Source of the DNA: Salpingoeca rosetta
Lineage: Eukaryota; Protista; Choanoflagellata
NCBI GenBank assembly: GCA_033442325.1
Contig: JAWQFM010000010.1
Location: forward strand, 1,664,293-1,728,292
Direction: 5' to 3'
Length of the DNA stretch: 64,000 bases
Shown: positions 53,300 through 64,000 of the stretch, in pieces
Layout: each line of letters begins with the position of its first letter
Numbering within the stretch: position 1 is the first letter of the stretch
Notes under the pieces: model-generated
The model's input: the letters and a program-made list of their open reading frames with translations, nothing else
The model's database searches: none
Told to the model about the DNA's origin: nothing
Program-made: the position numbers and the translations under genes

Positions 53300-53858
53300 A
53301 ACGCAGCGACGGCCCAGATGCATGGCATCCAGCAGCTGCACGACCTGTGGTGGAGCACGCATGACGACTTGCTCAAGCACTCCTCCGACTCGGCAATCTA
53401 TCGCTACGCCATGGTCCGCGCGCGTGTGATGTGTGTGTGTGTGTGATGCATGTGGGTGTGCGTGTGCACCTGCATGTGCTGCTGGTACCCTGTTGATCTC
53501 TACCGCTTCATCGTCACTTCCTCCTATTCCATTGTCACTTGGCTAACGCAATCCACGCGTGTGTTTCTGTCGTGCAGGGCATCGTGCCACCCATCCATCC
53601 GAACGAGGACAGGTCGCGGTGGAAGCGCCACTACGCTTACCCGGAGCGCCACGACGACTACCAGCACTCCCGCTCAGCAGAGGAGGTACGCTTGTTTTGC
53701 CGCCGTGTCTGGCGGTTTGTTCTTGAGTTGTGTGGGTCTTGCTTGCGCTGCTCCACCAGCCCCGTGACTAGCTCGAAGCTAGCAGCGCCGTTGATGCAAT
53801 TCACAACCCAACTAGCACGGCGACACACAGCAACTCACACCCACGCACATGCATGCAT

Positions 53859-53924
<66 letters not shown>

Positions 53925-54275
53925 ACTCTCTCTCACTCACCACACACACTCTCTCACTCACCACAAATACACATACATTCAAACACGCTTACAAACTCGC
54001 AGATTACGCGCCGCATTGCCGCGCTGTCGTCCCGCAAGCCGATTATGGGCTCGGCATCAGGCCCGCGTTTGCCGCGTAAGTTGTCGCAGTACGGCAAGGA
54101 CGTCATGGCCCTGAGGGCGGAGCAGAAGAAGAGGGACGATGGCCACGACAGCCTGGACGACGAGGATGAGCGCTACTTCAAGCCCAGGCTCGGTGACGCC
54201 GCTGCGTCTGCCAACGGCAAGGACAAGAAGAAGAAGAAGAAGAAGGGCAAGAAGAGCAAGAGCTCCAAGGTCTGA
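51615..54275 (+). CDS. GYG1: Glycogenin (GT8), multi-exon
   Basis: [85 protein letters not shown] (autoglucosylation Tyr region), VVHFIGAHKPW. Confidence 0.93.
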
Positions 54276-54580
54276 GGACAGGTCTGCAAGCAAGGCGACA
54301 CACACACACACCCACACACGTGTGCTGTCTCTTTTGGTTTTTTCCGTCTCTCTGCTCGACCACTTCCGATCTCCTATGGCCCTTCACACTGCCCTTCTGC
54401 GTTTGTTGTGTCTCCCCCCTCTCCACCCAAAAGCACATCATCTCTGCACTTCAGTTCCCGCTGCAGATGGTTGCGCTTTTGTCCTTTTCTTTGCACGCAG
54501 CCTTCCTGTCTTGTTTGCACATTCATGTTGCTGTGTATTGCCGTGGTCCTTTGCTTGTCTCGTTGTGATCTTCTTGCTTG

Positions 54581-54611
<31 letters not shown>

Positions 54612-55050
54612 CACATTTTGGTTCCACCCATCCACCTCCACCACCTGCTCTGCCCTTTTGCCAGCCCAGCTGTTGTTGGGCAATCGTGACGATTATTGAA
54701 AGATAACCATCAAATTTCGGTATCTGTCGTTGTTGCGAGAACGGCGAGCCAGCCAGTTGTCGCACAAAGCACCACACCACATCAGCACACCCTGCACCGT
54801 GTCGGTGTTGACCGCGCCGCTTGGCTGGGTATCTTCAACCGACCAACGAAGCAACCGTGCAAACAGACCGCTTGCTGTGCTTTGTTGGCAAGCAAGGAGG
54901 GTTCTTGATTGCTTACCCTCTCTGGTGGGTTTCTGTGTGTGACCTCGCTCTGAGCAGCCTCACAACACAGCACCACCGACCGTCATTTTGGCTGCGTGAC
55001 AACCCCATTTCCGCTTTATTCCCCTGCCCCCCCCCACCACCACCAACAAG

Positions 55051-55382
55051 ATGTCTCGCACCCCTGCGTGGGCGCGGTGGCGACCCGAGTATCTCAACTT
55101 TGAAGCCCACCACGCTTCCATCGTCACTAGCCAAGGAGGTATGGCCCACGTGGCGTGCTTGTCGTGTCTCGAGATCGGATTGGGTGTAAACATGCGTGCG
55201 TGTGTGTGTAAATGTGTGTCTGTGTGTAAATGTGTGTCTTTGTGTAAATGTGTGTCTGTGTATTTGTGAATGTGTATGGGGAGAGAGTCGGGGTGGGGCT
55301 GGCAGGGTGAATACACACACACACACACACATACACACACACACACACACACAACGAGCGCTCAAGCAAGCCAAGAGCGCGT

Positions 55383-55443
<61 letters not shown>

Positions 55444-58216
55444 CCACGCAACCGCGCTCAAGCTTGCACGACATCAACTAACCGCATGCCTAAATTCCCC
55501 AGAGCACCCCGGAATCTTCATCATCAAGCCACCTTCCCTGTTCGTTATCAACCCCTCGGTGAGCTGTCGTCTCTGCTGCGCTTGCGTTTGTCGCGGCGAT
55601 TTCGCGACATGCATCCATTACCACCATCCATCCATACATTGCGCATCTTTCGACCACTTACCCTGCCCCTCCCCCTCACGCGCGCTCTTCTTCCCTTCAA
55701 CCTTCCGTCTTCCCAGACACAACAGCCGGTCTTTGTGGTCGACCTGGCCAGATGCACATGCAACGTCTCCGGCACCACGGAAACAATTCTCTTTGTACGT
55801 CGCACCAAACCTTTTCTTTGCGTCGCTTTGCTTTGTGGAGCGCGCGCACACACACACACACAAGAACACTCAAACACAAACAAACAAACAAACACACACA
55901 CACACACACAAACACATACACATACACACACACTTGTATCATGTTCACAATCTCCGCTGGTTGTGCTGTTGGAGACCTGTTTGCTGGCACTTCATTGTGG
56001 GCGCGGATACCCCCCCCCCTTTGTGGTTCTCCTTACCAACCCCATCCTGTTCTCTTGCCGTCGCGCAGGTGAAGCTTGTGCACAGCCTGGCCACACACCC
56101 GACGTTCATGGAGAACGGCCGCATTCGCATCCGCTCAAAGTCACAGCCACACCGGTGCGTGAACGCCTACATGCCAGCTCGACCGTGGTTGGATGTGCTC
56201 TCCCATTCCCAACCGCAGGCATCAAATGGAACAGCCATACGTTTGGTTTCGCGCCTTGCCGCCTTGCCATGCTCACACTGCTGTTCATGACTGTTTGTGT
56301 CTTTCGCATGTTCAGGGACCACCTTGCTTCGGCCATCAACTCATCCCTCAAGGTACAAGGGCAGAGTTGTGTGTGTGTGTGTATGTGTGTGTGTGTGTGT
56401 GTGTTGGTGTGTATGTGAGAGAAAGAGAGAGCTTGTGAGACCTACACAAACACACACACACACACACCTTTGGATGGCGCCCGTTGATTGGTCTGCTTGA
56501 CACCCCCCCCCCCTTCGTTCTCACCACTACCAACATCATCAACATCACCAACATCACCATCATCACCACCATCACCATCACCGCCACCCCCTGCAGCGAA
56601 GCAACGTTGGGATGCAGCTGCAGGGGACGACCGGGGAATCAACAACAGAGCAGGGCGGGTCGACACGCGTGCCCCACGTGGCCATCGACACCCTCACCGT
56701 TCGCCGCCTGGCAACAACAGCGTCGCAGGTCCGCGAGATTTGCGACCGCATCGGCCTCTTTGACAAAGTGCTGACTCAGGACCTCAACATTGCCCACAAG
56801 CTCGTGGCCACCGAACGCAAGCTGCTGCTTGGGCTCAAGGCGACACTGCTGGCACCCTCGCCAGAGGACGGCGAGTGCATCATGCAACTTCGCCTCATCA
56901 CGCAATCTGTGCTGGGGCGCGCGCTGCCGTGGATGGAGTACGGCGAGACGCTGCTGCAGACGGCCATGCAGGCAAACGACTACAGTGCAGCAACCATGCG
57001 TGTCGTTGAGCGCCACCTCAACCGCGTGTCGTTCTTCTCCGAGATTCTGGCGTGGGTGACGCACGCACACGTCATCTTCACGCAGCCATCGACGAGCCAG
57101 GAGGCGGCCGAGATTGCCCTGCGCCTCTCCCAGGTGTTCCACATCCTCGCAGAGCGCCCGCGCACGCAGCCGCAGCTGACGACGCTCGTGGCCAGGCTCA
57201 CCTGGGCGACAAAGGACATCTTGGGCATGGTAAATGTCGCCCACGTTGGCCGCGAGGTGGAGGGCGAGCTGCGTGACGCAATCCTGTCTGCTGTTCAGGC
57301 CGGCATGGCCGTCCAGGACGCCCTGTACAAGTTCATGCTCAGTCCGCCGTTTCCATTTGAGTTTGACGTGGTTGTTGCGCACTGCTACCGACTCGGCGCA
57401 GCGCTGCTTGAGATTCTGCACGCCGCCGCCGCCTCGGGGGAGTGGGAGTTTCTTGACTTTGGGTTGGCCATGCACGTTGACTGGGCACGCCTCGACCCCG
57501 CCACCCCATATGTGTCGCAGGTTGCACGCCAGCACTCCCAACACCAGCAGCAGCAGCGGCAGCACGCGACGCTGCGGCGTGACGGGCGCGGGGCGGCAGT
57601 GGCGGCAGGCGCACACACGCCGGCAGCACGTGCTCTTGGACAGCAGCACCTGCACCCCCAGGGCCAGCAGCAGCAGCAGCAGCAGCAAGGGGCGGGGCAG
57701 ACGGCAACGATGATGAGCGGTGCAAGCATTGGCAGCGGGTACTTTGAGCAGGAGGAGGAGGACGGGGACGCAAACGTGGCGGGCTTGAAGGAGCTCTCTC
57801 TGCTGGAGGAAGAGGAAGATGACGACGACGACTATGAGGATGAGGCGCAGCTGTCGAAGCTGCTGACCAGCGGGGTGGAGGTTGATGCCCTGGACCAGGC
57901 CGTGATGAGCAACGAGCGGTACAGGGACATTGTCTCCAAGCAGCTGGACGAGGCAAAGCAGCGCTGCGACAAGGCCGTGGACGCTGCGAACAACGTCAGC
58001 AGGCTGTGTTTGCTTGACGTGCTGCGGAAGCTCATGTCTGCAAGCAACAAGCTCATCTGCGTGGACAGCCGCAACGCGTCATCTGTTGACACGTGGTCCA
58101 AGACTGTCAGCAGCTTTGTGCAGCGCATTCAGGTCAGTGGCCGTGTGCGTACATGTGCCTGTGATTTTGTGTGTGTGTGTGATTTTTTTTTGTGTGTGTG
58201 TGTGTGTGTGCCTGTG

Positions 58217-58282
<66 letters not shown>

Positions 58283-60424
58283 CGCGTGTGTTGTTTTTGG
58301 TTTTTGCATTACGCTTCATGTCCACTCCCAACTGCACCTCCCCTCCCCCCTCTCCCTGGCTTGTGCCTCACCCTCCTTGCTCAAATCCTCCCCCCTTCCT
58401 TGTCAATGACCAATTGTTCCCCGTGCCGTGCGTGTGCAGACGATGACGGAGGAGGCCCGCCGCGTGTTCCGGGCGCAGCCGCGTGGCGCCTCGCTCACGG
58501 GCGATGCTGCCACCTCCCTGCTCACCAGCATCAAGGGCACCGTGGCCATTGGCACGCGCCTGCTGGCCGACCTCGACGCCATCCTCAAGAGCCAGACCGC
58601 TGCACAGGCGCGGCGTGACAGCGATGCGCGCAAGCACCCGCCAAAGCCCGCGGCAGCACCTGCGTCGCCGCCGTCTGCAGCCGTGATGGCTGAGCCCGGG
58701 TACATGTCCATGCGCATGGGGATGGGGCTGGAGGGCGAGGAGGACGAGTACGTGTACACGGACATCACCGCGCCGGCCGCTCGCGTGCAGGAGGCGGTGA
58801 GCGAGGACGAGGACGAGGACGGAGGTGCTGTGGGGCAGGGGGAGCGGAAGCGCGCAGGCAGCGTGTTTGACGGCGGTGAGGAGGATGTCATCTACCTGAC
58901 GAAAGACTCCCTCAAGGAGCAGCAGAAGAAGGAGATGGCGGCAGATGCCACGCGCGTGCTGGCTGCGGCGTCACTCCCACAGATTGTGACGCGCATCACG
59001 CGCTCTGAGCGGTTTGACCCGAAGCTCATGTCAGCGGTGATCCTGACGTACCACTCGTTTACGACGGGGCGGGAGCTGCTTGACCTGCTCATCACGCGGT
59101 TTGAGGAATCCCTCGAGGGAAAGGTGGTGACGACGCCTGCCGAGGACCCTGTTGGCTTCCAGGTGCGCGCCCGCGTGCTGAACGCAATCAAGCGCTGGCT
59201 GATTGACAACGCGGACGACTTTCGTGACCGTGAGCTCCTCTCGCAGCTGCGGTCGTTCCTGCAGCGGCACCAGGGGCTGCACTCGTCCACGAAGAACATG
59301 CTTGAGATGGTGAAGCACATTGAGTCGTGCCGGCGGCAGAGCACGGCCAACATCTTCACGGATTCTGGCGCGCGTCGCATCCTCGGAGACATGGACGAGG
59401 ACGAGGCGGAGGAGTGGGACGTAGTCATGCGTCCACGCTCGTCCATGTCCGTGTGCAAGCTGGACCTGTGTCAACTCGGGTACTGGGAGACGGCGGAGCA
59501 GCTGACGCTGTGGCACTGGAAGCTGTACGTGCAGCTGACGCCGCACGACCTGATTGGCAAGAAGGCGGAGAAGGCGCCTCGGAAGAAGCTGCTTGCCAAG
59601 CACGCCACTGTCGTCACGTTCTGGGTGATGGCGTCGATCCTGCGCGAGGCGGAGCGGCTGAAGCGTGTGCAGCGGCTCAAGTACATGGTGCGGCTGGCAG
59701 ACACGCTGCTGTCGCTGGGCAACTTTGACCTCTTCTACGCGGTGTACCTGGGCATCTCCCACAGCTCCATCCGCCGGCTCAAGCAGACGTGGAAGCTGTT
59801 CCGGGACAAGCACCCGCGCTCGACCACGCTGTACGAGAAGCACGAGCAGCTGTGCGGCGACCTCCACTTTGGTCGTCTGCGGGCGCTGTTGCGGGAACGG
59901 CACCTGCAAGCAAAGCCGTGCATCCCGCCCATCCCCATGTACAACAACGACTTTCTCCGGCGGCAGAACGCGTTCAACGACACCATGGACAACAACGGGG
60001 TGAAGCTCATCAACCTGATGAAACGGATGAATCTTGTTGAAGCCATTGAGGAAATTCGCGCGTACCAGCGCCTCGAATACCGCCTCCCTGCAAAGGAAAT
60101 CATCCAGGTCTGTTGTGCCGCGTGTTCGTGTTCTGAGTCGGATGTGGTGGTGGTGGTGTGTGTGTGTGTGTGTGTGTGTGTGATTGAGTGTGGTGCAGAA
60201 GGTGGGCTGCTGGCTGAGGTGTCATTTGTCGTGGATGGTTCCGTTGCTTTCCATGACGTTCCTCTCGTGTGTGATGCTCACCATGTGAGTGGCGTGTATT
60301 GTGTGTATTGTGTGTCCTTCGTCGTGTGCAGATGTATCTTGATACGCAGTTTGTGAAGCAAGTCTCGCTCTCGTCGCTCGAGGCATCGGACCGCTCACGT
60401 CAGATTGAGCCGCCGTCGTCTTGA
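55051..60424 (+). CDS. Large RasGEF (REM + CDC25 domains) with helical N-terminal region, multi-exon
   Basis: REM: [12 protein letters not shown]...[31 protein letters not shown]...DF. CDC25: [49 protein letters not shown]. Ends SRQIEPPSS*. The 5' exons are less certain. Confidence 0.85.
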
Positions 60425-61133
60425 GCGGCCCGCTCGCTCACTCGATGTTCGTCTGTGCGTGTGCGTGTGCGTGCGTCTGTGTCTGTGTCTGCGTGCGTGC
60501 GTGTGTCTGTGTCTGTGTGTGTGTCTGTGTGTACATGATGCAGTGTCGTGCCTTCCCTCTTGTCTCCTCGTCAGCATTTTGGTTGTTTGTTTCAGTGTGT
60601 TGCTTCTTCCACACTTCGCCTTCTCGCGCGTTGCCACTTGGTTGTTCAAGCCCTTCCCCTCAGCAATTGTTGCCGCATGCCGTTACATCACACGCAACCG
60701 CAACTTTCTCTCTGCCTCTCTCTCTCTCTCGTTATTCCTCGCCTTCAGGTTTCGTAGATCGATGTGTGTCTGTGTGTCTATGTGTCTGTCTTTTTGCAGC
60801 TGTGTGGCGTGTTTTCGCTTGCATTGTTTGGCGCCGCAAATTTGAAATGAAACTACACCAAGCTACGACTCTGCACCCACGCGTGTGCGCGCAGGCGAAT
60901 GAAATGATGGCAGCAGTGAACATCCTGACATAACATAACATAAGGAACTGCGTCGGAAGAAAAAGCAGGCGGCTGTGCCCATCCCTGTCTGTCTTGCTGA
61001 GATGAGAAACCATCATCATCATGCATAATCATCATCGTCATCATGCATCCTGTTGCAGACGGTATCCTTTGCGCTTGGGGATGCAGGGAAGATCTGGAAA
61101 GCAGCAGCAGCAGCACAAGGCACGGGGCTGGTG

Positions 61134-63722
<2,589 letters not shown>

Positions 63723-63833
63723 CCTGTCGCGTTGATGATTGGCAGGCCAGGGTTAGGGTTTGTTGGTGTGATTGGCAGGCTGAGTGCTTGAATGTGAGCA
63801 TGAAGATAGAGAGAAGAGGGTGCGCCTACTTAG

Positions 63834-63921
<88 letters not shown>

Positions 63922-64000
63922 GCACACACACACACACATGCACACATGCACACACACACCGGTAAACGCACATGCAAGCATACACGATGTGTCCAAACAC

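Overview
Gene-dense, intron-rich eukaryotic DNA with introns packed with (CA)/(TG), (CT)/(AG) and trinucleotide microsatellites. Composition, gene content and microsatellite load suggest a choanoflagellate such as Salpingoeca rosetta (inference, not verified). I assembled about 17 protein-coding loci by hand from GT-AG sites and protein motifs. In order: phosphoserine aminotransferase (partial), proteasome ATPase RPT4, HSDL2-like SDR, an intronless ~2290-aa LRR multi-pass membrane protein, NEIL1, HSP20, an RS-domain cyclophilin, a secreted bacterial-type propeller/alpha-toroid protein, NAGLU (GH89), a low-complexity ORF, an MH1-like candidate transcription factor, a C-CAP/cofactor-C-like protein, SSADH, a truncated WDR12/Ytm1, glycogenin, a RasGEF and a class III GLUT-like transporter (partial). 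The most notable find is a six-exon minus-strand gene (40040-42300) that no single ORF captures. It encodes a Smad-MH1-like zinc module ending in CINPYHY, followed by a basic NLS-like segment, a Pro/Ser tract and an acidic tail, with no MH2. Second is a giant LRR ectodomain fused to an XK-scramblase-like membrane domain. There are two 100-N assembly gaps, and the flanks of the first are garbled duplicates of neighbouring exons. Most ORFs in the six-frame track are microsatellite artefacts. All family assignments rest on motif recognition; no searches were run.
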